Positions 1 through 9,792 of a DNA stretch of 64,000 bases are shown piece after piece. The notes under the pieces are model-generated. The model was given only the letters and a program-made list of their open reading frames with translations. It made no database searches and had not been told where the DNA came from. How positions within the stretch are numbered: position 1 is the first letter of the stretch; each line of letters starts with the position of its first letter. Source of the stretch: Candidatus Latescibacterota bacterium (GTDB taxonomy: Bacteria > Latescibacterota > UBA2968 > SICM01); NCBI GenBank assembly GCA_965217865.1, contig CBDCJO010000002.1:5248001-5312000 (forward strand). The letters are read 5' to 3'. A program made the position numbers and the translations under genes.

Positions 1-2225
1 GTGGGATAGAGCGTGCCCTGGTAATTGTGCGGCTGATGCTCGCCTTCCAGCACAGCCTCATCCCCCCGGTCGCCCCTCGTGTAGACACTCACAGGAAAGG
101 ATCCCGGTTTGTCCTGGGTGCGCAGATACCAGTTCAGGCTTCTTCTGGCCAGATCCCCGTACTTTCTCCCCCACGTATTCAGGTAAGCCTCGATCACACA
201 GAGCAATGGCCCGGTGAACTCGCGGTTCAGGGTTCCGGTCGGGTTGGAGTATATACCCGCATCCTCCTGGATCCGAACCGCTCGATCCGCAGGTTCGAGC
301 GCGATCTCCCGCAGGCGCCGCTCACCGGTAAAATAATAGTGCATAAAAAGGGCGGTGTTCACGGTATGGGACGGACTGTAGCCCCCGGTCCATTGATGGG
401 CATTGTGGTAGTGCACAAGGCCTACCGCATCCGGTCGGCCGGGATTGGCGTGACAGATCCCCACTTCCCCCATCGCCCGGCTGTGCCCGCAGGCCGCCAG
501 GAAAAACCGCCTGTTCCCCGTCCTCAAAAACTGCGTCCACAATCCCCAGCAGGGGTCGTCCGCCTCGTTGTTATAAGGCCCCACAAACCGTTTCATGGCC
601 TCAACCAGATCGGCCCTGTCGTAATGGGCAAGGTAGGTCAGAGGCGCCCCGGTGGCATGAGAGCAGCACATATTCCCGAAGCGCCAGAACCCCCACAGAC
701 GGGCCCGTTCCATCGGCTCAATAGCGACGCGCTCGGTGATGCCGTCAAGGAGGGCATCCAGCTCCTCGAATCTCGGGTCCTGTCCCCCGTGCACATCGCG
801 AGTGGCACGGGTCCGCCCCATGTACGCAGGATCGGCCGGCGCCATCACAGGCTCCTGAACGCAGATCCCCAGCCCCTCGGCCTCCTCGTCCGAAATGGGC
901 TCCGAGCTGAAACGAATCAAAACCTCATGCGTCTTGCCCGCCCCAGTCCCGTCACTGGTGCCCGTGTCGTTGAACGATGCCGTACGATTTGGTGCGTATT
1001 TCTCCACCATCTCTTTGACCCAGAGCGCGTCCTGGGGCGTCTTGGGACCGATGCTCTTGAGATTGAGCGGAGCAGTAGGGTACTTGCCCAGGAGCAGCTT
1101 GAACGCGGCCTCGTCCCGATCGCTCGCTAGCGTAGCCGGATCTCCTCTCCATCCGTTGAAGAAGACCATATCCTCCTTCCAAGGCGTATGGAACGCCATC
1201 GGCTCGCCATACGATGCGGGCCAGAACTGAACGTTGATCCCCTCGCGCGTCAGCTCGTACCCCTTGGGATATTGCTGCCAGAAATCGCGAATCGCCACAA
1301 AGGCGCTGGCCTCACTCCCGCAAAGACTCGCCCATCCACGCGTCTTCTCCCCCTTACCAAACGGCTCATTGTCACGCGTCACCTCATACGCGATATCCGA
1401 CGATTGCAAATATTCCGCCCGCTCCCACCGCACCGCCCAGTGCGCCTTCTCCTCACCGCCGTACGCCATCCGCAGCTCATCTCCCAGATCCAGAGGGAAA
1501 TACATCCCAACCTCCGAAAACTCGAGCACGTCAGGATTCTGATCGAACACAAACGTATGGAACATCCGCAAATCCCTGCTCCCCGCATACGCATGGATGC
1601 GAACCGTATACGGACAAAGACAGATACCATCCGGTGTCGCATGATACCCCTTGATGCATACGGATGCCCGAACAGGACCCCAATCCTCCACCACCACTCT
1701 CGGATCAGGTGCAGCCGTCACGGAATCATACACCTCTCCGGATCTATTCCTCATATACAGATACGGACCGGGATTTCCACGGAGCACATCTTGCCAGCCA
1801 TCCTCGGTCCGCAATTCGCAGCGCGCAAGAAAATCCGGAGAGCCCTTTCTGACATTCAGTCGCAAGGCTCCTGTGTCGATCGTGACACCCTCCCCCGAAT
1901 CCTCGACACGCACTTCCTGCACGGGTTCCGGTGATTCTATACCCTCCCCGTACTCCAGATAGACTTCCCTTGTCTCATCGACCCCCAGATCCGCCTGGAA
2001 ATCCACCAGCAGCCATTTTACGTACTTCAGATCCCGGTTCCATGTGGCCAGACACGTGGTTTGCGTGGGGAGGGCCTTTCCATCGGGGCTAACTGCGCGG
2101 ACCGGCGTCCCGCGTTCGAGATCTCCGTCCGCGAACGGCACCCCCTGCGTGATCGGCCAGGCCTTTCGATCGACCCCGCCCGGGTTCTCGATGGTCAGCT
2201 TAATTCTCTTGGCCTTCTCTAACAT
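1..2225 (-). CDS. Large carbohydrate-active-like protein with N-terminal RIFT-barrel (PcRGLX/YetA-like exo-rhamnogalacturonan lyase family); 3' end runs off the window
   Basis: Not in ORF track because there is no stop in the window. ATG at 2225 follows AGAAAGGGA. Translation MLEKAKRIKLTIENPGGVDRKAWPITQGVPFADGDL...LPTQTTCLATWNRDLKYVKWLLVDFQA matches the P-x-T-x-G-V-P-F / W-x-D-x-x-x-K-W pattern of this family. The same frame reads sensibly at position 3. Confidence 0.6.
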   Translation of the reverse strand, partial: MLEKAKRIKLTIENPGGVDRKAWPITQGVPFADGDLERGTPVRAVSPDGKALPTQTTCLATWNRDLKYVKWLLVDFQADLGVDETREVYLEYGEGIESPEPVQEVRVEDSGEGVTIDTGALRLNVRKGSPDFLARCELRTEDGWQDVLRGNPGPYLYMRNRSGEVYDSVTAAPDPRVVVEDWGPVRASVCIKGYHATPDGICLCPYTVRIHAYAGSRDLRMFHTFVFDQNPDVLEFSEVGMYFPLDLGDELRMAYGGEEKAHWAVRWERAEYLQSSDIAYEVTRDNEPFGKGEKTRGWASLCGSEASAFVAIRDFWQQYPKGYELTREGINVQFWPASYGEPMAFHTPWKEDMVFFNGWRGDPATLASDRDEAAFKLLLGKYPTAPLNLKSIGPKTPQDALWVKEMVEKYAPNRTASFNDTGTSDGTGAGKTHEVLIRFSSEPISDEEAEGLGICVQEPVMAPADPAYMGRTRATRDVHGGQDPRFEELDALLDGITERVAIEPMERARLWGFWRFGNMCCSHATGAPLTYLAHYDRADLVEAMKRFVGPYNNEADDPCWGLWTQFLRTGNRRFFLAACGHSRAMGEVGICHANPGRPDAVGLVHYHNAHQWTGGYSPSHTVNTALFMHYYFTGERRLREIALEPADRAVRIQEDAGIYSNPTGTLNREFTGPLLCVIEAYLNTWGRKYGDLARRSLNWYLRTQDKPGSFPVSVYTRGDRGDEAVLEGEHQPHNYQGTLYP

Positions 2226-2559
2226 GACATGTCCCTTTCTTGCACCTGACAGGTCTTAGCCGATCGGTCACAGGTTCGAGTCAATCTGCTACCAATGGGC
2301 GAACTTGGGGAGGGGTTTGGGGATTAGGTCCGCATTTTCCATTTCCTTTTTACACATCACAACTGGGTGTTACTAAAGTCTACCTGTAATCTCAGTACCT
2401 GAATCATATCATCGGTTTTTGGGCGCGACTCTGTCCCTCCTTTTTAACGTTCCACCAGGGCCCGGTTAAGCCACGATCCCTCTCGGAACCACACAAAATT
2501 CTGCTTGTCATTTAAATTCCGGCTTAGGCGCGGCCAGCCTCCGCGGCGTTTGAGCAGAG

Positions 2560-2610
2560 CATGTCCTGAGCGGAGCGGTGCGCCAGCACCGCGTAGTCGA
2601 AGGATCTTTC
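2560..2610. repeat. REP-like palindrome (CCTGAGCGGAG...AGTCGAAGGA family)
   Basis: GTCCTGAGCGGAGCGGTGCGCCAGCACCGCGTAGTCGAAGGATCT. Related copies at ~8770, ~17797, ~49644 and ~56695. Confidence 0.6.
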
Positions 2611-2693
2611 TTTTTGACACTTTTTCTTGTGACGAGCAAGAAAAAGTGTGAACTTGGGGAGGAATTTGGGGGTTCGAATTTTCTATTTCCCTT

Positions 2694-4568
2694 TTATATC
2701 TCCTTCCCGAACGCCCCTGCGAAGAGGAAGAAGTCGTCAAAATCGATCTTGTTGTTGCCGTCCAGGTCGAAACGGGCGTTATCACCCGTCGGCTCCTGAC
2801 CGAATGCGGCGGCAAACAGGAAGAAATCCTCCAGATCCACTTTGCCGGTCCCGTCGAAATCGGGAGATGTCCCGGCTGCATAAGCGACTCCGGACAGGCG
2901 AACAATCGTGGGATCCCCCGCGTTGTGATCGATCAGGAGGCTGGCCGACTTGGTCCCCGGAGAAGTCGGAGAAAATATCACGGTTATCGTCTCGGACGCT
3001 CCCGATGCGATCGTGGCCGCGGTGGGGGAGACCTCGAACTCAGAGGCGTGCGTCCCTTCCAAAATGATCCCCGAGATGGAGAGGTCCTCGGTGCCCGGGT
3101 TCGTGATCGTGAAAGATCCCTGAACGGGGTTCTCTCCGACCTTGATGGTCTCCAACGCCAGGGTGGTAACCGACAGGCCGATCTCCGGACCGTCCTCCAC
3201 GGCGAACCCGGTCACATCGATCCCTTTGTCCCCCGCATCGGATTCCACAAACAGGGTGGCTGGCCGGGCCCCTTCTCTGGTGGGGTTAAAAATCACTGTG
3301 ATCGTCTCGATGCCCCCGGGGTCGATCGTGGGCAGTGTCTCCTGTCCCTGGTAATCCCTTCTTCCCGCACCGCTGAACGTGAACCGGGTGAGGGTCAGGG
3401 GCTCGGTCCCGATGTTCTGGACCTCCAGGGTTTGCATAGAACTTCCCCCGACACCCGTCGTGTCGAACGTCAGGGATGTGACGGTCAGCGCGAGGATCCC
3501 GCCCGGACCAATGCGGCGGACGCGGTGATTTTGATTGTCGGAGAAGTAGACGTTTATGCCGTCGGCATCCACGGCCACGCCGTGGGGCGTGTTCAGCTCG
3601 GCCTGGTTCGCCGGACCTCCGTCCCCCGAATATCCCCCTAAGATATTGCCATCCGGATCTTTCTCGAATCTTGAACCCGCAAGCGTATCGATGATCCTGC
3701 TTTCGTTTACAACTCGGATGCGGTGATTGCGGGAGTCGGCGATGTAGATATTTCCTATGGAATCAAGTGCCACCCCGGTCGACCACCACAGGGCGGCATC
3801 CGTCGCCGGAACCCCGGTCCTGAGTAGCGCCCTGTCTCCCCGTCCGCCGGCAAATGTCGTGATGATCCCGGTGACGTCCATATGGCGGATGCGGTCATTT
3901 CTCGTATCCGCGATGTAGATGTCCGTCACGTCTATGGCGATGTCAGTCGGGTAGTTCAGCCTGGCCTCTGTAGCCGGTCCCCCGTCCCCGTCGAAACCTT
4001 CCTCGCCCGTAGCAGCGATGGTCGTGATGACCCCCGAGAAGGCGTTCACTTTGCGAACGCGGTGGTTATTCCGTTCGCAGATGTACACGTTCCCCGTTCT
4101 ATCCACGGCCACGCCGAAGGGTCGGTTAAAAGCCGCAAAGGTCGTAATGATCCCGTCCAGGTCCACAACGCGGATCTTATTATTAGTGGTGTCGGCTATA
4201 TATATGTTCCCCTTTGAATCCACGGCCACATCGCGCGGATTGTTAAAGCTGGCTTCCGTAGCGAGTCCCCCGTCCCCTGAGGAACCTCTCTCGCCCGTAC
4301 CCGCGATGGTCGTGATGATCCCGTCGAGGCCTACGTGGCGGATGACGTGATTTCCTGTGTCGGCGATGTAGATGCCCCCCTTTTCATCAATGGCAATGCC
4401 TTCGGGTGCCATTAACTTGGCCTCGTCTGCGGGACCTCCGTCCCCTGTAAATCCGCCTGTCACCGATCCTGCAAAGGTCGTGATTTTATCCGTGCCTTCG
4501 ACCGCGGCCAGATCTCCCGGATGCTGAAGGCAGAGCACAGAGACAATCGCGATGCCTATACGTAATAT
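2694..4568 (-). CDS. Secreted NHL-repeat beta-propeller protein with two ASH/choice-of-anchor-D Ig domains and a C-terminal EF-hand/dockerin-like domain
   Basis: GDGGPA..A.L..P..(I/V)A.D..GN.YIAD..N..IR repeats; ITNPGTEDLSI...IFSPTSPG domains; DFDGTGKVDLEDFFLFAAAFG...DLDGNNKIDFDDFF. The ORF track starts at 4667, but the RBS (AAGGAG) points to ATA at 4568. Confidence 0.85.
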   Translation of the reverse strand: MLRIGIAIVSVLCLQHPGDLAAVEGTDKITTFAGSVTGGFTGDGGPADEAKLMAPEGIAIDEKGGIYIADTGNHVIRHVGLDGIITTIAGTGERGSSGDGGLATEASFNNPRDVAVDSKGNIYIADTTNNKIRVVDLDGIITTFAAFNRPFGVAVDRTGNVYICERNNHRVRKVNAFSGVITTIAATGEEGFDGDGGPATEARLNYPTDIAIDVTDIYIADTRNDRIRHMDVTGIITTFAGGRGDRALLRTGVPATDAALWWSTGVALDSIGNIYIADSRNHRIRVVNESRIIDTLAGSRFEKDPDGNILGGYSGDGGPANQAELNTPHGVAVDADGINVYFSDNQNHRVRRIGPGGILALTVTSLTFDTTGVGGSSMQTLEVQNIGTEPLTLTRFTFSGAGRRDYQGQETLPTIDPGGIETITVIFNPTREGARPATLFVESDAGDKGIDVTGFAVEDGPEIGLSVTTLALETIKVGENPVQGSFTITNPGTEDLSISGIILEGTHASEFEVSPTAATIASGASETITVIFSPTSPGTKSASLLIDHNAGDPTIVRLSGVAYAAGTSPDFDGTGKVDLEDFFLFAAAFGQEPTGDNARFDLDGNNKIDFDDFFLFAGAFGKEI

Positions 4569-4689
4569 GACGACTCTCCTTCTAAAACCGTGGATCGTGG
4601 TTCGTGACTCGGAAAGGGCCGTGGATCGTGACCCGTGACTCGGAAACCCCAAAAACCCCCTTGACAATTCATGAAAGTATTTGGACTTG

Positions 4690-5277
4690 GATACCCCTTC
4701 CTTTGGAAGGGGAGGAAAAGTTTAGCTTGCCGAAGGCAAGCTAAAAGGCTGTCTTATCGTGTGCAGACCACTGAGACTCATATCGACTCAGGAGGCATAC
4801 GATGGGACTCCGACGGACCAGTCACGCAGTCTATGATAGCCAGTATCATCTGGTATGGGCACCGAAGTATCGGAAATGGATTTTGCGAGGTGACCTTCGA
4901 GAGTATGTGGGCAAGCTGTTTCATCGGATAGCAGAGGATTTTGGTTTTGACATCCAAGAGATGGAAGTGGCCGAAGATCATGTGCATATTTTCTTGTCGT
5001 TTCCTCCCCGGTATTCGATTTCTAAGGTAGTGGGCATTTTGAAGAGTATTTCGGGCAGCGGGGTCTTCCGAGAACATCCAGAGGTGAAACGGGAGTTATG
5101 GGGTGGAGAATTCTGGGAAGATGGTTATTTTGCCCGCACCGTAGGCGACAAGGTGACTTCTGAAGTGATTGAGCAATATATTCGGTATCATCGTCAAGAG
5201 CAGAAAGGGCCCCTACAGTTGGATCTGTTTGGGGATGGGAGTGGTTAATGCCCCGCCCTTTGGGCGGGGTGGTTTAC
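4690..5277 (+). mobile_element. IS200-type element (TnpA only, no tnpB) with subterminal hairpins
   Basis: Left hairpins CCCCTTCC-TTT-GGAAGGGG (~4694) and TTTAGCTTGCC-GAA-GGCAAGCTAAA (~4721); right hairpin CCCCGCCC-TTT-GGGCGGGG (~5251). Ends are approximate. Confidence 0.85.
4802..5248 (+). CDS. tnpA: IS200/IS605 family HUH (Y1) transposase
   Basis: YHLVWAPKYRK, HUH motif DHVH, FWEDGYF, catalytic YI. Confidence 0.95.
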   Translation: MGLRRTSHAVYDSQYHLVWAPKYRKWILRGDLREYVGKLFHRIAEDFGFDIQEMEVAEDHVHIFLSFPPRYSISKVVGILKSISGSGVFREHPEVKRELWGGEFWEDGYFARTVGDKVTSEVIEQYIRYHRQEQKGPLQLDLFGDGSG

Positions 5278-5494
5278 TCGGTAATTCGAATCGATCATTA
5301 ACGAATCACGAATCACAACGAATTTATGGGGGGGTCCATCAGGTGTCAAGGGGAATCAGGGAGGGAGGGTCGGTATGACGACTGGCCTATCCGAACGTCC
5401 AAAGAGGTATAAGAATCGCAAGCATGATCATCATCAAAATAATCAATCCGACCAATTTCCAATTTTTTCGAATCATTATACAGTCCTGTTCTCC

Positions 5495-5905
5495 TCATGG
5501 AGGCGAAGCCAGTGAATGCTTTATCGCTGCGTTTATGATTGCCATGAGCTTATCAAATTTAAAAGGCTTTGGCGCAAATCCATTCGCGCCCAACCGACGC
5601 AGATCTTGCATCATCTTTTCGCTAAGGTGAGCCGAAACGATTATGACCGGCAATGTGCTGCTCTGTTGCCGAACGAACTCCAAAACTTTGTCTCCCTGGA
5701 TTGTGGGCATTTTTAAGTCCAGGAGGATGAGGTCGGGGGGGTTGTGGAAAATCAGGTCGACGGCTTCGGTCCACTGGGAGGTTACGAATGGTTCGAAGTT
5801 CTGTGACTTGAGATATACTTCGAGAATCTCCAGGATGCCCGGCTCATCATCGAGGACGAGAATGCGTTTAGGTTGGTTTTGCACTTTCGGTTCCTGAGAA
5901 GACAA
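5495..5905 (-). CDS. Single-domain response regulator receiver (CheY-like)
   Basis: ILVLDDE, DLILLDLKMP (phospho-Asp present), IIVSA, PKPF. Start is uncertain (TTG 5905 or GTG 5884). Confidence 0.9.
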   Translation of the reverse strand: MSSQEPKVQNQPKRILVLDDEPGILEILEVYLKSQNFEPFVTSQWTEAVDLIFHNPPDLILLDLKMPTIQGDKVLEFVRQQSSTLPVIIVSAHLSEKMMQDLRRLGANGFAPKPFKFDKLMAIINAAIKHSLASPP

Positions 5906-6007
5906 GGCCGGATCAGACCTTGTTCCTGTCCATCGGTTCCCTTCCGTGTCGTGCCGCAAAATCCATAACAATCAACTTTTTAAAAAGTATAAGAATAATT
6001 CCTTTCA

Positions 6008-6046
6008 CACAATCGTTAAGATATACGGTATTCAGCACTATGGACG
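6008..6046. promoter_or_regulatory. 39-bp non-coding motif, copy A (33/39 identical to 12675-12713)
   Basis: CACAATCGTTAAGATATACGGTATTCAGCACTATGGACG vs CACAATCGTTAAGTTATACGCTTATCAGCACTTTAGACG. Confidence 0.6.
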
Positions 6047-6105
6047 CAAACGAGCACTAAATTGATTACTACCTCCCGATTCCACGGGTCCGAGATGGCC
6101 CGGAT

Positions 6106-6231
6106 CTACTCGAACATAATAAAAATAATAAAGAGTGCGAGGCAGATCAGGAAGACCAGCAGAAATGGTTTGAGGCTTCTGATCCTGTGCCTCCGAGAAA
6201 TTAACGGCTTACGTTTCTGCTCCATTTTCAT
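6106..6231 (-). CDS. 41-aa basic + single-TM small protein resembling the membrane tail of the receivers at 46075 and 46890
   Basis: MKMEQKRKPLISRRHRIRSLKPFLLVFLICLALFIIFIMFE*; below the ORF-track cut-off. Confidence 0.55.
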   Translation of the reverse strand: MKMEQKRKPLISRRHRIRSLKPFLLVFLICLALFIIFIMFE

Positions 6232-6673
6232 TCCATATTCTAACGTACAAAAAAATAACCGCACCTCTGGCTGGAGATGCAGCTCATCGAATGAACCCGC
6301 GGATCCGGTATCTGTAATGCTTTCATATGCCTTCCTCCATTAAGGAGGAACTATATCCCGATATATGACCACAAATAATTTACCGGGGAATTTGGGTGAT
6401 GTCAATGGCAATAATAGGGGGGAATTCGAGATCATTATGTGGATGGATCGTTACACTTGTCGTATGGATTCACATAAAAACTTCTGATTATTGTGCGTCG
6501 CATAAAACTTCGGAGTGGAATGGTTCTGAATAGTGAACTTGAGTGTAAGACAAATGAGATGAGGTGGGGGTTGTAAATTATTGAAAAAAGGTCAAATACC
6601 TCGGTATGGCATTGATTATTTTATAACGAAGTGTGGGTTGTAAGGTTTGTGCATATGCGAATCTATGAGCACC

Positions 6674-6689
6674 TGGCACATTAATTGAT
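6674..6689 (+). promoter_or_regulatory. Possible sigma-54 promoter (-24/-12) with one mismatch
   Basis: TGGCAC-ATTAA-TTGAT, 55 nt upstream of ATG 6744. Confidence 0.4.
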
Positions 6690-6743
6690 GTTCTTTGGTA
6701 AGGAAGGAACCCTAAATTGATTCATTAACGACTGAAGGAAACT

Positions 6744-7676
6744 ATGGTGACGAGACAAATCGTTTCTATTGCGTCAATCCTTCTGGTGGTTGCCTCAACT
6801 TCCTGGCCCCTGGAAGATCCGAACACAAAAGGGATCGAACGGTCGAACTACATGCCCGGGGGCATCGACTTCATGAGTAATCAGCGATTCAGGGCGGGGT
6901 TTTTCGTATCCAACCCAGACCTTTTATTCAGGCCCAGCTTGCGGATCGAGGTTCAAATCTCCAGGCTTCTGAATCGCGGATATTATGGACATTTCGATCC
7001 CTTCTACAATACCACCGGAGACAGCTATCTTGAACAATTTGTGACTAAGGGATTTTCGATGTCTCACACCTTGGGTATGAGCCTTTGGGCGGGTCCAACC
7101 AGTTGGACGAATAAGTTCGACCTTTACTATCTGAATACGATGACATACCGGTTTTCGCCGAAGTTTGTAGCCGTTGCACAGGTCGGAATTCAGCGCTCAC
7201 TCGTCGGCCCGCCTTCCTTCGGATCATTTGGTTCCAGGGGGCAGGAGATTGTAATGAACATAGATCTTCTCTATTCAATAAACCCCAATTGGCATATCGG
7301 TATTCATATATCCCGGGTTCTGCACAGCAGGCTTGAGCGATTCGAAGATCGATTCTATAATGGTTTTCCAGGAGACAGTCCTAACAGTGTTTCCTCGTAT
7401 GGTCTCAGAAACACCTGCCTGGCTGCTCAACCAAAAGCCCCATTTTCCCCCAGGAAAAGGCAGGCCAGAGGAGATCGATTCACACGTGACGATGTGAGAC
7501 AACTGCGGTTCACACTGAAGCATGTCCAGGCCAGCGTGAGCCGAATCACCTCAGCCGTTGAAAAGAAGGCAAAGGTTCAAAAAAGAGGAAGAGGAAGTTC
7601 ATGCTCGGTGGGGAGTGGGGGAGTCGCGCGGAAGGAAAGGCTTCCCCCGGGGGTGGCGGAACCGGATGGGTGGTAG
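6744..7676 (+). CDS. Hypothetical secreted/outer-membrane beta-rich protein; last ~90 aa probably non-native read-through
   Basis: RBS GAAGGA, signal-peptide-like N-terminus, alternating beta-strand pattern (YLNTMTYRF, IDLLYSINPNWHIGIHI). The C-terminus is low quality. Confidence 0.55.
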   Translation: MVTRQIVSIASILLVVASTSWPLEDPNTKGIERSNYMPGGIDFMSNQRFRAGFFVSNPDLLFRPSLRIEVQISRLLNRGYYGHFDPFYNTTGDSYLEQFVTKGFSMSHTLGMSLWAGPTSWTNKFDLYYLNTMTYRFSPKFVAVAQVGIQRSLVGPPSFGSFGSRGQEIVMNIDLLYSINPNWHIGIHISRVLHSRLERFEDRFYNGFPGDSPNSVSSYGLRNTCLAAQPKAPFSPRKRQARGDRFTRDDVRQLRFTLKHVQASVSRITSAVEKKAKVQKRGRGSSCSVGSGGVARKERLPPGVAEPDGW

Positions 7677-7907
7677 GTTGGAGGACGGCAATTCAGAATG
7701 TGTTGCGATCGGGGATTGAGCTTATTGCGGAATCTGGATCCGTATTGTAATCTTAAAACCATGAATTCGTAATTCTCAATTGAAAGTAGGTGAAGGCCCC
7801 TGCGTCTGCCATGTCCAACCGTGATGGTTAACCGGCTTAGTGCAACCATTGGGGTCCCTGCATAGACGGGGTCTCAATTTCCATTTTCCATTTTTCACTT
7901 TGCATAT

Positions 7908-8516
7908 TCATGGTTCCTGGGAAAGAATCCCCACAATCTCGTGGAAGCCCGAAATCATGGTTTCCATGGACATCGAGGAAAATCTTGAATCCAGACGTGC
8001 GGCCTCTTCAGGCACGAGGGGCAGGTGGATAAATCCATATCGGGTCCCCAATCCATTGCTTTCGATGTAATGCGCCGCCGTGAAGAAGACGTTGTTGCAG
8101 ACATACGTCCCCGCTGTATATGAGATGTTCGCGGGTATCCCCTGTGCCCGAAGCCGTTTTTCCATGCGCAACATCGGAAACCTGCTGAAGTATCCGGCCG
8201 GGGCCTTCGGCTCGACGGTTTTTTCCCTCTGGTTGGGGGATTTGTTGGCAACGTTTACTGCGACTTTTTCAATCCTAAACCCATTGGCATCGGCGGCTAC
8301 CCCGAACATGACCAGAATGTCGGGTTTGACGCCCTTTATGGCCTCCTTGATTTTTCGGCTGGAGCCTGAAAAAGTGACGGGCAACAAACGTGTCTCGAGA
8401 TCAAGGCCATCGAATGACTGTTTTCTAATCCGCTCAAGGAGCAGCTTCGATGTGTTCTGCTTTATATTCCGAAATGCTCCAAAGCCTGTGACCAGCAATC
8501 GGGCGGATTTTTTCAC
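7908..8516 (-). CDS. pcp: Pyroglutamyl-peptidase I (C15)
   Basis: LLVTGFGAF, FRIE, SYTAGTYVCN, GFIHLP catalytic motifs. Confidence 0.92.
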   Translation of the reverse strand: MKKSARLLVTGFGAFRNIKQNTSKLLLERIRKQSFDGLDLETRLLPVTFSGSSRKIKEAIKGVKPDILVMFGVAADANGFRIEKVAVNVANKSPNQREKTVEPKAPAGYFSRFPMLRMEKRLRAQGIPANISYTAGTYVCNNVFFTAAHYIESNGLGTRYGFIHLPLVPEEAARLDSRFSSMSMETMISGFHEIVGILSQEP

Positions 8517-8621
8517 TATTGGATTGTCCCGAAAGTCGTACTGTATTCTCAGATCTTGAATTATTGTTTTTGGCGCGATATTTTTCTTTTTGGTTGTACA
8601 CTTTTTGGAACGCCGTCGTGC

Positions 8622-8821
8622 TCCCTCACCCCGCCTCGTAGGCTCGGCACCCCTCTCCCGGGTGCCGGGAGAGGGGAAGTTCCATATAGCTCTAATTGTT
8701 TAATGAAGAGTAATGACGAGATCCTGAATACATAGAAAATGAATGTCATCGTCCCCTTCTCCTGCGGAGCCTGTCCTGAGCTCGTCGAAGGACGGGAGAA
8801 GGGGATACAGGGGATGAGGGC
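8622..8821. repeat. Inverted REP doublet (CCCTCACCCC...CCCTCTCCC-n-GGGAGAGGGG type) with a nested CCTGAGCTCGTCGAAGGA REP
   Basis: CCCTCACCCC..CCCCTCTCCCGG GTG CCGGGAGAGGGG and the inverted partner CCCCTTCTCC...GGAGAAGGGG...GGGATGAGGG. Confidence 0.7.
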
Positions 8822-8957
8822 GTTAAAAATGACGTCCTTCCCCTGAAAACGGTACTAAATTCAAGGCTAATTCTGGTACACGTCACAAGTGTTTCTCCGG
8901 CAGAGCCAGGCCCAATTCTCCATCATGAACCGGGAAAAGGTTCATCTTAAGAATTGG

Positions 8958-9728
8958 TCAGGCCTCGTCGATATATCCCTTCAACCTCGAAGCCGTCTCT
9001 TTCAAAAGGTCCTCTGGCAGGTTCTCCACCTTGATGATCTCCAGAGAGACATATCCTTTATAGTAGATGCCTTTCATCCTTTTTGCCAGCCCCAGTATGT
9101 TCGTGTTTATCGGATCGAGAACCTCGTCGTGTATGTGAAAGTGCTTGATGCGGTCTTTGAGCATGTCGAAAGCACCATCATCCATCTCTGAGTCGTTCCA
9201 CAGGACGCCGAAGTTTTCCGTCTTGACTCTCGTCATGACTTCAGTTGCTTCCGGCACACCTACTATGATGTCGTGCCCGCATTCCATCATCGGAATCACC
9301 CCGGAAGCCTTAGCGTAATCTCCCACCTCGTCGAAGGCTGCAGCCACCTGCTCCGAAACCTTATCCGTCAGCTCAGGGATCGCCCATCCCGCGAAGATCC
9401 TGACGATCGGGGCCCCGAGATCGGCGGCCAGATCGAGGTTCGCTTTGGCTGCTTCAATGTTCTTCCGGTGTTCCTCAGTATCCGGGAAAGCGAATTGCTC
9501 TGGACTCGCGATGCATGCGATTCCAACGCCCGCGTTCTCGAAGATTTTCCTCGCTCGTTTCCGTGATTCGGAAGAGGATTTGGATGAGATATTGTGTTTG
9601 TGATCTTTATCTACTCTGAATTCGACGCCATCATATTCCGATTCCCCCGCGAATTGGACGATTTTTTCTAGATCCCATTCCGGGCAAACAAAGGTCATAA
9701 AACTTAGCTTCATGTCTGATGCCTCCAT
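8958..9728 (-). CDS. Sugar phosphate isomerase/epimerase (xylose-isomerase-like TIM barrel)
   Basis: YDGVEFR, LAADLGAPIVRIF, MECGH, HFHIHD, YKGYVSLE. Confidence 0.88.
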   Translation of the reverse strand: MEASDMKLSFMTFVCPEWDLEKIVQFAGESEYDGVEFRVDKDHKHNISSKSSSESRKRARKIFENAGVGIACIASPEQFAFPDTEEHRKNIEAAKANLDLAADLGAPIVRIFAGWAIPELTDKVSEQVAAAFDEVGDYAKASGVIPMMECGHDIIVGVPEATEVMTRVKTENFGVLWNDSEMDDGAFDMLKDRIKHFHIHDEVLDPINTNILGLAKRMKGIYYKGYVSLEIIKVENLPEDLLKETASRLKGYIDEA

Positions 9729-9792
9729 TTCAAATCAGTGAAACACGACAGGGACAAGTCCCAATCGAAAACCCCACAGATCCATTTTCCTT

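Noticed and set aside
27-1962. Long plus-strand ORFs (367, 248 aa, etc.)
   Set aside because: They are antisense shadows of the minus-strand gene starting at 2225 and have no recognisable motifs.
2265-2294. tRNA-like GGTTCGAGTC...ACCA
   Set aside because: The T-arm stem cannot pair (ACAGG vs CAATC) and there is no D or anticodon arm upstream.
4690-5400. IS605-type tnpB/omegaRNA system
   Set aside because: The right-end hairpin follows the tnpA stop immediately; there is no tnpB or iscB ORF.
7380-7600. IS1182-like end fragments (GGCTGCTCAA, CAGCCGTTGAAAAG)
   Set aside because: They are too short and not arranged as a convincing inverted pair with a target duplication.
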